Shown in pieces: positions 15,920 through 29,909 of a stretch of 64,000 nucleotides of DNA. How positions within the stretch are numbered: position 1 is the first letter of the stretch; every line of letters starts with the position of its first letter. The translations under genes were made by a program, and so were the position numbers. Origin of the DNA: the human T2T-CHM13v2.0 reference genome, Homo sapiens; NCBI RefSeq assembly GCF_009914755.1, contig NC_060933.1; one strand, written 5' to 3'. The notes beneath the pieces are model-generated. The model saw only the letters and a list, made by a program, of their open reading frames with translations, was not told the DNA's origin and searched no databases.

Positions 15920-16110
15920 AGGTGTTTCACATGTTCTCTAATTTTACCTGCACTTCCTGGTGGACAGATATCATTGCCATCATTTTACAGATGAAAGAAA
16001 TGAAGCCCAGTGAGAGTACATGACTTATTCAAAGTCGCATTCCTAATTAATAACAGAGCTAGGAACTGATGACAGCTCTTTTGACTCAAAATCTAATAAT
16101 CTTTTCCATT
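15920..16110 (-). mobile_element. MIR SINE
   Basis: Core cattttacagatgaaagaaatgaagcccag...tgactt...aaagtc. Confidence 0.7.
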
Positions 16111-16375
16111 GGTCTGCACTGACTCTAATTGAACCGTGGAAACTGGAATCCAACATGTGGGACTTTGGGGGTTTACTTATGTATTTATTTTTAATATGTC
16201 CAACCCAGCCATCCACCTAATAAAGAAATACTGTCTGCAGTATTCCTGACTAGTAGCCTCTCTTTGAACTTCCCAGGGATGAAGGAGACTATTATTTCAC
16301 AAGTTTACTTTTTATACCCTTGAAATGATCAGGAAGTTCTTATATACAGATATAAGAACAGATATAAATACAGAT

Positions 16376-16381
16376 ACACAT

Positions 16382-16424
<43 letters not shown>
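16376..16424. repeat. Compound (CA)n(GA)n microsatellite
   Basis: Directly visible. Confidence 0.95.
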
Positions 16425-16426
<2 letters not shown>

Positions 16427-16553
16427 CACAATCTTTCTTCTTACTAACTTCAACTCATTTGTTGTGACTGTGTTCTCCAGAGACACACAGAACAAGTATG
16501 CTCTCTCTTCCACAGAGGGCTTCAGCAGAAAGGAATATTTTGTTAATTAAAAT

Positions 16554-16633
16554 TTAGATTGGTGCAAAAGCAATTGCAGTTTTTTCCATTGAAAGTGATG
16601 GCCAAAACTGCAATGACTTTTGCACCAACCTAA
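16554..16633. mobile_element. MADE1 (Hsmar1-derived 80-bp MITE) inside the 3' LTR
   Basis: ttagattggtgcaaaag...cttttgcaccaacctaa inverted termini, followed by TA. Confidence 0.92.
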
Positions 16634-19475
16634 TATTTATGACATTTGTTAAAGAGATAAGAAAGATTTTATTCAAGGGGACTACTACAGTGAAGTTTAG
16701 TAGTAGAGAAGAGATCAGGGTCAACACAGAATACAACAAGGAAAAGTAGGAATTTATAGCCAAAGAGTAGAGCTGAAGTCGTTGGAAGAAAAATTACTCA
16801 GGGTTACTCAGGGGAAACGTCAGGGGTAAGGATTCTGGCTAAATTGACCAAATAATATTCTTACTGAAGCTAGGCCAGAGTGACAGACATCACCTAGGGG
16901 ATAAGGTGAGGTGAGGAATCTGATTAGATATTGAAGGTGGTCACTTACCAATAGGATTCAGGATTTTAACTAAACTGACTTAGCAGGATTCTTGCTAAAA
17001 TTGGTCAGTGTAGAAATGAACATGGGGGCCCAGATGTCAGGATCTGCTTGAGAAGAGACTTCAGAAAAAGACTGATTCAAATTTGGTCAAGGAGCGAATC
17101 TTTGTTAGTCCCTCCATCTTATTCAAAGAAAGAATATATATTTTTCTTTTCTGTGAAGAATATAAGCCCATTTTTTCATTCAGTCACCTCCAGTTTATTA
17201 AGAAGTAGATGAATCATCTGATAGGAATTGGTAATAAAGGTACTTGCTGGATGGCATGAGCAGTCAGGCATTTAATGAGGAAAGTTTCTATGAAAATTTA
17301 AAAAAAAAAAAGATTAATACTTAGAAACGCAGTTTCTGAGGCCAGAGGGAAGCCAGTCTAGATTTCTATTGATAGGTGATGGGCTGGAAGCCTCTTTAGA
17401 TGGTGGAGTGAGGATGGAAGAGGTAACCCACTGAATTTCCTGGTTTGTAGTTCGAATGTCCTTGGTGATGCCATTGGAGGTTCCAGTGAACTTTTTAAAT
17501 GGTCCACACAGCAACAGGCACCAAGGTTGCCCATCTATGATCTATCATGATGATTTCTATGGAGTTTATTTCATTTCAAGTCAATCAGCTTCAACTTTCA
17601 AGGCTTAAGGAAAAAGGAAATTTTAGTTCTCAGGGTTGCCAAATCAGGACGGTAGGAAAAAAAATTGGAAGTGTTAGTTTGAAGAGTCGTAGCCAGATAT
17701 TGGAGGAAACTAGAAGAATTGAGACTTCACAGTGGTATGGTATAGTTTCTGCTGGGGGAAAAATTCTCTGTCTGGTGTCCCTCCTTTTTGATCAACTATA
17801 ACCAAAGTAAGATTCTTTTTATTTACAAATAAGTCTGATCTCATTAGATGTAGCCTAATTATTGACATAAGGATGATAAGAATGGTAATTGCCCACATAG
17901 GCCTTCTGAATTTGCTTTGCTAGAAATTTTCATAAAGAATCTCACATTAGCCTTTTAGAAACCACTTAAATTTAAGAAGCCAAGCCAAGAACTTATCACC
18001 AGATTTCACTTGCAGTACCTATAGATCTGGATAAATTCCTCCCTTCTCAAGGTCCTCAAGACATTCTGAGTATCCTTGTCTTGCCAGGAAGTGACCTTCA
18101 TTACTCATCTGTAAGGCTGAGAACCCTATAAGCCAGTTATTAGTCTGGTTTTCCAAGAGAACTTTGTATATTTTGGCTCCATAAAGTCAACTTTAGTTCC
18201 TTAAATCAGATTCTATGCACATTCTCATTCTCAAATGTGACATTCCTGTCAAAAGCCTTCGTTATATAATCAGTGTTTCCAATTATGTCCTGCTATAAGG
18301 AGAATATGTTCTTATTGTGCTTATGCAACTAACTATATTGCCATGAAAATAAAAATATTCAAAAACAGTTTCTAAATTTTGGAGGGATAAGATGGGAAGA
18401 AAAAAATAAACATTTCCTTTTTGACTGCAAGCACTTTTGGAAAGCGTCAGAATAAATAAAACAAAAACTATTTGTGAATGCCAAAAAAGTCTTAAAATGG
18501 CCATGGCTTAAAATTTTATAGAGTTTATTTAACAAGAAAATGTGGTTGTTTCTGTGAAATATAATATCTTAAAGTAATAACCAGATTTGTGACTGATAGC
18601 ATGATATTGAATGTATCTTAACAACAAGAGTGCTGACAAATTTCCCTAAACTTCAGACAATTTCTGAAATACTTATTTTAATAGTGCTTATCCATACAAA
18701 TGAACATAGGGAAGATTAAACATCTTTTCTCATTTGCCGATGCCTTTTATGCAATTTAACGTATCAAATAAAGTGAATCGTTTTTAACATTTTTCTGAAA
18801 AGTGAAAGAATAAATCCACTGAAGACCTATGGGAAATTTCAAAGTCCGTTCAAGAACAAGAGGATTTCATTTAAGATTTGATTTTAGGAAGGCAATATAT
18901 TCAAAAATATTTTCAAAAAACTTTACTGCTTTAAAAAGTATGAAGTCTCAGCCTTCTCAACTAAGGACATGATAAAGGTTAACATAAAGCACAGGAAATT
19001 ATTCTAATAAGACACAGAATCTTGGTTTCCTAAGCAAGTTACTAAAAATGGAAAAACCCTTTTACAGTCTCTTATTAAGAGACCAATAATCAAAGAAAAC
19101 ATTTTCATTTTAACAAAGAGAAAAACAAATCCGGGTTTTGCATTAGTATACTTTTGATGTCAAGACTCATTCAGAAAAAAAGACATAAATCCAAATCTTA
19201 GCTAGCTTGACTACTTGAGATCTCTTTTCTGTAAATTTTTTACAACTTTCTTATATCCATCCAGGTGATTTTGTTTGTGTGTGTTTGTTTACTACATTTT
19301 CCTCTTTCTTGTTCTGGTTCTACTTTAGGTTCTACTGGGTTCTACTTTCATGTAAAATTACTTTTTTTTTCTTGAACAAAAGCACATTCTTCAAACCTCA
19401 TACTTTTCCTGCAAAGTTTATTTTCACCCTTATTATTTCTAATAGCTTTAATTAAATATGTTGATTAAATTTCTT

Positions 19476-19779
19476 TTTTTTTTTTTTTTTTTTTTTTTTT
19501 GAGACGGAGTCTCGCTGTCGCCCAGGCTGGAGTGCAGTGGCGCAATCTCGGCTCACTGCAGGCTCCGCCCCCTGGGGTTCACGCCATTCTCCTGCCTCAG
19601 CCTCCCGAGTAGCTAGGACTACAGGCGCCCGCCACCTCGCCCGGCTAATTTTTTGTATTTTTAGTAGAGACGGGGTTTCACCGTGTTAGCCAGGATGGTC
19701 TCGATCTCCTGACCTCGTGATCCGCCCGCCTCGGCCTCCCAAAGTGCTGGGATTACAGGCGTGAGCCACCGCGCCCGGC
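19476..19779 (-). mobile_element. Full-length young AluY (Ye5/Ye6-like)
   Basis: Nearly all CpGs intact; long pure poly(T); 16-bp TSD gttgattaaatttctt at 19460-19475 and 19780-19795; Ye-type changes (GGCGAGGTGG, GGAGCCTGCAG, GACAGCGAGAC on the sense strand). Confidence 0.93.
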
Positions 19780-22700
19780 GTTGATTAAATTTCTTAACCA
19801 TCACTAACTTTTACAGAAAAAACTAGGAAGGAGACCATTTTGAATTATCTCTCACATACCAGTGTTCTGTAGCAGGCTAGAAAATTTTATGAATATGTCA
19901 TTTCACAATTTTATAAGTACCTTCTACTTTGTATGCAATATTTCAATGTGGCAAAAAGAACGTGTAGTAACAGACTCAAATGAATTTTGTGTCTCTATAT
20001 CATATAAAAATAAGATGCCCAAAGTCTATAAACTTAAACTGGTGCTTACTAGTGAATGTTTCCATAGTTTATCTTACTTAGAAATTATTAACCAATGTCT
20101 ATTACTTTGCTTAGCCTAGCATAACTAAGGTTCCTGAAAACTAAAAATGGTTTTGAAAACTGTTTTCAGGCAGACATACTATAGCACCAAACAATGCTAA
20201 CCATTGTCTCAAGTTATTTTCCTTTTTTAACCTTATTTGTCTAGTAAACCCAAATAGACTATAAATGCATGCTTGTATTATACTTAGTTCTAATAACTCA
20301 GAAGACATAGCTATTTTTTAAACAACAATATGAAATTAATCCTACTTACCAAAGTTATACTCAACCCATGCACATTTGGAAAACACCTAGTTTATTCCTG
20401 TATTTCTGAGAGTTTAAGAAATTTTTATGTAAGTGTTCATCTCTAAGCCAATTTGAATAGAACTCCATTAAGTGATTTTATAATTTGAAAACATCATCCA
20501 GAGGTAGGAAAAGTATCACGTGTACATAACATACATACAGATACATACAGATGAGTGCAAACAGAGATAGCTTGTATTCTAAAATTTTATCCATGAATCA
20601 AGTGACACTTGTTTATCTATACCTTACATTTTATATGAATTGTATGAATTTTATATGTATATGAATTACATTTCTGACAAAAAATGGGACAAGTTTACCT
20701 ACTCAATAATGGATAAAGCCTGTTTATCTTTTTAAACTGATATCCATGGAGAAGGCTTTTAAGATTTTCTTTTGCCCAGATACATATTCATATAGATGCT
20801 ATAGGCTATTGAAGAGACAAAAAACAACTGTCTAGAGGTCTTCAAAGCCCATCTGAGTTCACAAAATACCCGGTTCATTTATAATTAGCCTTTTTCCTTT
20901 TCAGCCTCAGGTAGCTGCCTTTGAGGATACCCTGAGCCTCTTGAGAGTTTCTGATGAGGTCAAGGGACCTAATGTTCAAGTGACTGGAGGAAGCTTAGGA
21001 AAGGAAAAGCCTAACAGGTGTGGACAGAAGTTTGAGGAGTAGGGACTTGAAGTGGGACATGTCAGAGGTATCAAGGAAACTGAAAAGAAGAGAGAAGGTG
21101 GTAAGAGGAGGAGGGAGGAGAGGAGGTGATGATAAGGGAGAGGTTTCAGAGGAGCCAATTTGGCAAGATCTTAGGTTTCTCAAAGAGGCCATTGAAATAC
21201 CAAATTATCAAGAGCAAAATTATGCCAACAAGAAAGTGAGCAGATTGGCAGAGTACATAGTCAGCAGGAGTTTGTGGGCAGGGGGGCAGTTATTTTACCA
21301 AGAAGTTTCCATAGTAGAGGCAGGATCAAAGAGAGAAAATAGAGAGGACTCAGAAACAGCCTCTCTATTCTATATTCTAAAAAATTCTCCATCCCAGAAG
21401 TCAGGGAATGGATCATTCCAATTTTAAATGAGGTTTCAGAAAGGATGAATTTCCAGATCAGAAGATACTTTCAAACAAAGAAAACCAGGCCTCCAACCCA
21501 GCTTCAGAGAGTATACTGAGAATCTTAAGAATTAAAATCTGACCTTCCCAGTTCCATCAGATGTTTATCCAGAGCTATGGTTCAGGAATCTGACTCACTC
21601 AATGGATCCCTAATCAATTGATCACAAGAAGACGAAGGCTTCAGTGAGAATGTACACTTAAGGTCCCGAGTGACAGGTTCTGTGGGTCCATTCTGATGCT
21701 ATTCAAGTTGTAGCACCATAACTGTTAAAGAAAAAATTATTCATGACACTTGTTAAAGAAAGTAGGGAAGACTTTTTTTCAAGAGTGAGGAGGACTACCA
21801 TGGGTTTTTGTGGTAGAAAAGAGAAATCAGGCTAAACTCTGAATACAACAAGGAATAGTGGGAATTTATAGCTAAGAAGTAGGGTGAGGGTCAGTGGATG
21901 GAAATTACTAAGAGGAAACATCAAGGTAAGGAGAGATTCTGGCTAAAATAACAAGATTCTTGCTGAAGACCGATCAGCGTGATCAGGCATGACCTAGGGG
22001 ATGATGGGGATAAGGAATTTAATCAGGTTCAGGGATTGATCAGATATCAAGGATGGGGTATTCTGGCTAAATCGGCTTAGTGGAATTCTTGCTAAAATTG
22101 AGCAAGGCAGAGACAAACACCTAAGCCCAAAACTCAGGGCCTAGTTAAGAAGAGAGTTCAGAGGATCCTGATTAGAGGTTGGTCAAAGAGTGAGTCTTTG
22201 TCAGTTTCTCTGTGTCTGGTATGACCTGCTCTCCACTTTATTTAATTCGGATTTAAAGAAGACTCTCGTGCTCTCAGTAGTCATCAATATTAGTTATTAT
22301 TGCTGCTGGGAGGTGTATAAGCCTTCTAATCCTCATTCTTTGCCTGAAAATACTACACATTTATACATTATGTTATGTGCTTCACTGAAAATAGATGATG
22401 ATTATTGATTCACTGGAAACCCCCACCACAGAACTCTTTCATCTAGGCTCATAAACATCAGTGTGTTCTTACCTGGCTATGTTTCCAGGCAGCACTGAAA
22501 GGATCGGAGGTGAACAGAAGTCATCATGGAACCTTTCCATAAAACCAACTGGGGGTTTTATTCCCTAGCCAAACAATGGAGTAATAGCATGTTTGTCAAA
22601 CCTGAATGTTTCACTTGTATTCAAACAGAGATAAAACAAAATATTCCACTCATTCTAAGAATATATTGGTGAAAAAGAAGTTTCTACTCAAATTAGCCAA

Positions 22701-23678
22701 CAATCTCAATGAAGTTAGTTCAGAAGAAAAAGAAAACTGCCATGTTGGAACATTAGTAAAATGTCTTTGGTACCGTGAGTGATAAAGGACTTATTCTGGA
22801 CCAATAGTACTGTATGAAAATATCCCACTCTGATACTTTAAGTGTTGTCCTGAAGGGAGATCATAGATTTTATAACAGCTTCTAATTTCTAAACTGAAGT
22901 CAATGAGAGTTTATTCTGGGCAAAGTTTATCAGGTTAAGCTGAAGGACAGTTTCCACAACTGGGAACAATATGATTTTCTTACCTGATGAAGAGATATCC
23001 ATAAAATATAAAGGAAGGTGGTTTCAGTGATAAATATCAGAAATCAGCTGCTATGGGATTGCCTGAATCTTTTACCTCTTTAATTCAATTGCCAGAAGCC
23101 CATGTTTTCCATTAGGGACAGATACATTAGAAAGTAGAGTCCTAGGGGTTTCTCACCCTGCTGTACTTATTTCATTACAATCTGGTTTCTAAAACTGTTA
23201 TTCCAGGTACGTTCCCACCAAATGTCCCCTCGGTTTTCATAACTGAGGTTTCTTCATTCACTTTCTTTCTTACCATATAGTAACTAGAAGGAAATCTATA
23301 GGGTTTCTTAAGTCTTTCTCTTAGACATGAAAATTATCCTCTTGGGAATGTGTTGGTTTTGACAGCAATGTTCTTCTTTCTCCTTTGGAGTATAAACTCA
23401 GACTGCTTCCTTCTCTTCATTTCATTTACCCTCCCTACCTTATCTTTTGACCCTGTTCTTAACCAAAACTGCTTCCAGAGCGAAATGCTCCTGTCTCCCA
23501 GCATCTTCTTACTTTGTGACCTGAAAATAATTACAAAAATGTATTCATTTTAGGGTTTTATTGATGAGCAGAGTGGTGAAATGGATTGGGAAAATCAGCC
23601 AAGAAAAATGAAAAAGCAACATTTTGAGAATTATATAAGACCTATCGCTCAGAATCCTTGAACTTTGATTTTTATTCT

Positions 23679-24040
23679 TGATATGGTTTGGCTGTGTCCC
23701 CACCCAAATCTCATTTTGAATTGTAGCTCCCATAATTCCCACGTGTTGTGGGAGGGACCCAGTGTGAGGTAATTGAATCAAGGGGGTGGGTCTTTCCTGT
23801 GCTGTTCTCATGATAGTGAATAAGACTCATGAAATCTGATGGTTTTATAAAGAGCAGTTCCCCTGCACACCCTCTCTTGTCTGCCACCATGTAAGACATA
23901 ACTTTTCTCTTTATTTGCCTTCTGCCATGATTGTGAGGCCTCTCCAGCCATGTGGAACTGTGAGTCAATTAAACTCTTTCCTTATAAATTACCCAGTCTC
24001 AGGTGTGTCTTTATTAGCAGCATGACAACAGATTAGTATG
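23679..24040 (+). mobile_element. THE1 (C/D-like) solo LTR
   Basis: Starts tgatatggtttggctgtgtccccacccaaatctc; flanks attct/attcc. Confidence 0.9.
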
Positions 24041-24259
24041 ATTCCTTTCAGAGATGGTAAGCAGAAGCCCTTATATTATTTTGCCCTCATCTTTTGTTCT
24101 TTAAAACCAGGGTTCACATTCTTGCAGTCCCTCTCCCAGCCCCCACCCTGCCCCCTTCCCACTCTTCCTTTTTATCCATTCATGGCCCTTTTATTTTTTT
24201 ATTTAAATATTTTTCAGAAAGTACTTATTCCATGACCATCCTATAAGTGGATTACTTAT

Positions 24260-24790
24260 AATTCTAAATCTCCAGTGTAGATCTGTCTTCTAAGCTGCAG
24301 TGTCCATGTATCTACCAGATACCTCCACCATAATATCCCAATAACACATCAAGCTAAGCTTTTTCTGATCTGAGCTTTACTCCATCACCCTCCTGTTCCC
24401 TCTCTGAATATATAGATAGTACAACTAACTCAAGGTAGAAACATGGTGTCACCCTTGACTCCTGTTTGTTTATTTTTTTTGGAATACTGCTCCTGCTTCT
24501 ATCCCAGCCTCTCTAAAATATAGTTCATCTATCCTCTCCCTTCCACCCCCACCACCACTGCTTTAGTTCAAGCCCTCATCATTTCTTGTCTAGATTAGCA
24601 TAATTGTCTCTATTTTTGTTTCTCTGATTCAAGTCTTCCTCTGCTGTAATTCATTTTCCATACACTAAACAGATGGAACTTTCTTAAAACACATCTAATA
24701 TTGTCACTAAACTGCCAAACAATTCTTTATTGGCTCATGTTTGCCTTTAAGATAAAAGCTAAACTCTTCAGCTTGATTCACAATTAATAA
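24260..24790 (+). mobile_element. L2 LINE fragment
   Basis: ccaccactgctttagttcaagccctcatcatttcttgtctagatta, typical of L2. Confidence 0.6.
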
Positions 24791-24833
24791 ATTGTGTGTA
24801 TTGTTACATCTTTGTTATTCCTCATGCCCTAAA

Positions 24834-25222
24834 TGTGATCATTAATTTTATATGTCAACTTTACTGGGCCACAGGATGCCCGTATATTTGGTTAAACTTG
24901 TCTGCACGGGAATTTCTGAATGAGATTAAAATTTGATTCGGTAAACTGAGTGAAGCAAATTGTTCTCCCTAATGTGAGTGGGGAATCTAATCCCTTGGAG
25001 GCCTACACAGAACAAAAGGCAGGGTGAGAGATAATGTATTCTCCCTCCCTGACCCTTTTTGAGCTGGGACATTGGTCTTCTCCTGCACTCAGACTGGAAT
25101 TTATATCATCAGCTCTCCTGGGTCTACAGCTTGCAGATTGTGGGATTAGCCTTTATAATCAAATGAGCCAATACTTATAAATAAATAAATAAATGTCTAT
25201 TTATCTGCAGAAACCTAACACA
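24834..25222 (+). mobile_element. MLT2 (B/D-like) ERVL LTR
   Basis: tgtgatcattaattttatatgtcaact...gagattaaaatttga. Confidence 0.8.
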
Positions 25223-25569
25223 CTGTACTCTACCAAACTTTAAATTTCAGCTAAACTGAACTGTTTTCAGTTTCCCCAGAACATCTTCTTCTCACACATC
25301 TCTGAGCTTCAAACATTCTTTTCTTGTTGTTATTGCAGCCTTTGAAACATTAACACACACATGCACATGCATATATACCTCTTTATTTGGCTAATATTCA
25401 ACTTAACATCCCCACACTCCCACTCTCCTAAATTATAAGCCGCAAATGTGCACGAATCTCCCCCAAAGTTGTCGTTTTATTTTAAATTTAGCATATTTTC
25501 AGACTAAGCTCCAGGATAGGTAATAAAAAATTATGTTTTATTCAACAAATATGATAATGGTGATGATTG

Positions 25570-25840
25570 TGATGATAATAACCAATGATAATGTCTGTTA
25601 TTTACTGAGTGCTCACTATATGGAAGGTTTTCTGCTAAGTATTCTCTCTGCATCATTTATTTTAACCTGCCCAAGCATTTCAAAGAATATTATTCCATTA
25701 TTTTTAGATGTGAAAACTAAGAATTAATATGTTTAAATATCTTGCTCAAAAATATGCAGCTAATAAATGGTAAAGATGGAGCTGAAATCTAGGTCTAATA
25801 TCATCTTTGTTGTTTCTCTGAACCATTTTATATACTGTTG
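25570..25840 (-). mobile_element. MIR SINE (diverged)
   Basis: tttactgagtgctcactat...tttttagatgtgaaaactaag. Confidence 0.55.
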
Positions 25841-26759
25841 CTTTCTCACATAAAACTCAAGTTTTTAAGTGGCTATTAAGTGTCTTGCCATTTATATGGT
25901 AATTCTTGCCCATTCTTCCATATGTATTCAGTTTGAAATTACAATGTAAACATGGAAACCATGATAAATGTAATAAAAATCAAACTGGTAATCCAATTTA
26001 TAGATAAATGTTTGGGGTAATCTTCGCAGGTACATGACAGGGTCTACTTTTAATTCAATGTAAACCCCATACAACACTTACCTCAAGGCAAGGGAGAAAA
26101 CTTGATCTAATTATCTTGGAATTTCATTTTCTAAAGGGTTCTCAGGAAGATTCTGAAAACCAATTGCAGTTTCTCTGGGTTTCCAGGAATTTTCCTGATA
26201 ATTCCTTACTTATTGTGCTAAAATAAGCTGATGTTCTCAGTAGTGACTTTCTTGATCTCTGCTTTTGTAGCCATTTTAAATGTTGCACAAACTAATTCTC
26301 TCTTTTAAATATCTTGCTCTACTCGAAATACTTAACATGGCATCTGTATTCCTAACTTAATGCTCAGTAAGTTTTTTGGTATCAATGTACTATACCTTAT
26401 GTTGTAATTTAAAGAAAACATTTAATAATACTACACAAAGAATACACTAACGATTTGGCTTTACATTATTTCATTAACAAAAGGAAAAAAATATCCAGTA
26501 TCCAATTCTAAAGTAGAGGGTTTAGCAGCATCATATTAGATGAGGTTCTCTGTTTATCTTCAGCATCTGAAACACCAGGACAACAAGTTAAATCCCAAGG
26601 AAATCTCACCATACTGGTATTTAGATGTGGTACTTTTAAGTCACTGAAGCACTTTGTGGAATAAATGTGATTCTCATCCCCAAATTGCTCCAGGTGAAAA
26701 AGCGAGGTAAAGGGGGTTGTTGTTGAAGCTGTTTCTTGTATAGTTTTGCCAGTCTCATT

Positions 26760-26950
26760 TTGTCACTCGTGTATCTTGCACATGTTTCTCTCCTACTTAC
26801 CAGACTTAGTTTCGTTGTTTACTTGCCTATTTCTCCTATTAGATAATAAGATACTTAAATGTAAGGGCCTTGTATTAATCACCTTTTTGTTGCCAACCCT
26901 ACCAAGTGTCTGGTAAATAGTTAAGCATAAAGTAGGTGTTTGCTAATGAA
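26760..26950 (+). mobile_element. L2 3' end
   Basis: tctcctattagataataag...gtgtctggtaaatag...tgtttgctaatgaa. Confidence 0.5.
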
Positions 26951-27896
26951 CCAAATCAAGTTTCTGAAAGTCAAAAGTACACACGGAGAGTGGCGGAAGG
27001 GATCCAGATTCTACTTAGATTTCTGATCTGCCTCACAGGCTCCTGGGAATCCTATAATAATCTCAGAATTCTGGAAAACCATCTGGCATAACAAGGAACT
27101 TTCTAAAGCAGCCTTAGAGATTTTAAACTTTCCTAAGCATCCTAACTAGGAGTTTCCCTGGAGTACCTTATTTAAAGATATTCAATATGTTACATACATA
27201 AAAACGGCAAGGAACTTAATAAATCAATCATCTTAACTCATTTTGTAGAAACGATGCCTTTTCAGTTGCTAAAGTTCTTTAAGAATCATGAAACAATAAG
27301 GGATTTGCTCTTTAATCTTTTATATTTATCCTTAGGTAAAAAAATTTATTGTAAGACTTGGAAAGATATGTCCTTGTTGGACCACAAGCAGTTAGCTCAA
27401 TAATTAATTATTCAGAAGGCTATTTGAGGTGCTTAAAACCCCAGAGTACAGTAAGTTTACCAAAGCATTGGTACATGCAATATAACGTGAGAGCTCATTA
27501 TCATAGATAATACACAGCTTAGTGGAAAAATTTATAAAGTACTAGAAAATGAAGTCTATTGTATTTCTCTAAAGGCATAAGAACTCACTATAAAGTACAG
27601 ACATTTACAAAGCCTGCTACTAAGTCAGTTAATTCACAGTTCTGAAGGCATTTTCAGATAAGAAATCATAAAAACTTGGAGACAGTATGAGAATTAACAA
27701 TAGACTAGGAATGCAGTCCCGAGTACTAGTTTCAGTTTCACCACATACTGTCCTTTTCATGACAGGCTGACCACAATAACTTTAAGGGCCATGCAATTAT
27801 CCATCAGATAAAGATGTTAAAACTGCCTGCACACATTACAAGGCTGATGTGTAGGTTGAATCAACACGTATATAGATGTTATATACATATATACAT

Positions 27897-28030
27897 ATTA
27901 TAACATATGTAACATATAGATGTTACAATTTAAAAATAACTTTTAAATTGTTATTATAACAGATGTTATTATAACATCTATATGTTACATATGTTATAAT
28001 AACAATTTAAAAGTTATTTTTAAATTGTAA
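27897..28030. repeat. Interleaved perfect inverted repeats (29-bp and 39-bp pairs)
   Basis: 27897-27925 is the reverse complement of 27972-28000; 27923-27961 is the reverse complement of 27992-28030. Confidence 0.95.
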
Positions 28031-29909
28031 AATGCCATACAAATACAGAGCATCAAAACAATAAAGTAGATTTTCTGGATAGACACACAATTAATGAATA
28101 AAGATGAGTTCTATTATCTTTTAAAAAGTCTTCCTAGAAACTTATTAAAGATTATTTAAGTCCCCTTTTAAAAGTACTTCACATTTTTTAAACATTCACA
28201 ATTGGAAGGTATATTTAAACTTTGGGAAATTAGAATATAATCTGATTAACAATGCAAGTTATCAGCAAAGTGATGAATTACTTAGGAGGAAAAAAGGGAG
28301 ATACAGGTAAAATAATGATTTTTGTGAGTGAGTCTTCAAGACTGTTCCAAACAAAAAAAAGTCAAAAAAGTATTTGAGTAATGGAAGCAGCTTTGGATAT
28401 GATTTTTTCAAGATGAAAATTTAGACATCTGGCATTCATGTAAAGATGTAAATTTTAAGACATTTGCTTTAGAGGGAAAGCATATTATTTGTGCCACAAA
28501 TATAAAACCTCTCTTGTTTAAAGAAATAAAAGTCTAAAAATTAGCAAAATACATCAGCTTTTTGGAAGATATCACACAGATGGGTGTCTTCTTAAATTAA
28601 ACATGCTTTATGTATCAAAAAACAAACTGAAGACTAAGATAAAAAGAAACGTGATGAGTATTTATATTACATAAATACCCTCTGATTCTCAAGTAGATCT
28701 CTTTAAAGTTTGAGATGCTTCTATATTTTTAAATATCAGTCAAACTAACAGTGTCAAAGAAAGTAGATACAAATAATAAATGACCCAGTAATTCAAGTTT
28801 TGTCATTGATTTTAAAATTACTTGAGGAAATATATCTGAGAAAAAAATTTTAAGAAGCAAAATATAGTTATATAACAATAGAAAATGATTAAATTAAATA
28901 TTTTGCTTGTGGGGGTACTGTTATTAGAAAATATTCTTATTAAGATTGATATTTTTCCTAATTATTGAATTATTGGCAAATTGACATGTTTTAGGAATCT
29001 AGAAGAGGAAAAGTCTCCCTCTGCCTAAGGAAATCAGACAGACTTCATGAAAGTGGATGCGTTTAAATTCATTCTCGAAATATGAATTTGCCAGGCAAAG
29101 AGAACAAGAAATTTGCAGACATAGAGGAAAAAATGAGTATGTGCAAAATTGTGACAGCAAGAAAGAACATAAAATATGTGTGTAATGGTGAGATCTTGAT
29201 TTGACTGGAGAAGAGAATACATAGAAGATAACTAGGGAAGTGAATTAAAGTTAGATTTGAAAGATTTAAATTTTACTATAAAGGGCCTTCATCTTTATCA
29301 TATGAAATTTGAACTTTACTTTCAGACAATGAAGCTAGTTCTCTGTTTTTTGAAAAGTGTATGCTACCATATTTGTGAATAATATAGAAAAATATGGATG
29401 ACATGGATTGATGCTATGTCTTCCTTGATGCTGCAATTGCTTTAACTTGATTCTTTCCTTATTTACTTCTCATCATTAATTATAAATTCAAAAATGTATC
29501 TTAATGTGTCTGGTGTAACACTGGAAATCTAGTGTCATTTTAATAGATGTTTGAATGAGAGATAAAGAATAGTCAGAAAGAATGATTCTGACACTCTGCC
29601 ATGGTTAGTTATTTAGTTAGTCCCAATAATGTGCCAGGCATTTTGCATACACTAATGAAGCATCAGTTTAATTGTCACATAAACCCTCAGAGATAAAGAC
29701 TATCTTTGCTAATTTATACTTGAACAGACTTAAGATAAAGGCAGTTTGGTAAAGTTTCTCCACACCTCACGGATTATAATTTGAGGAGAAGAAATTTTGC
29801 CTGATTCTAAAGTCACAAAACTATGCAGTTCAACTTTATTATTTACTTCAATGATCATTTTTATGGTTTCTATCTTTACAGTTTCTTTCTAATTTGGTCT
29901 CAAGGTATC

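Larger units (their letters stand above)
16541..22203 (-). mobile_element. Two-LTR MER31-type ERV1 provirus: 3' LTR 16541-17107, decayed internal region, 5' LTR 21723-22203
   Basis: Homologous LTR pair (tgttaa...ctttgt(t/c)a); degenerate PBS on the minus strand next to the 5' LTR (TGGTGCTACAACTTGAAT); purine tract next to the 3' LTR; flanks attt/gttt. Confidence 0.8.

Noticed and set aside
21020-21427. 135-aa ORF
   Set aside because: Purine-rich, low-complexity frame antisense to the ERV internal region; no recognisable domain.
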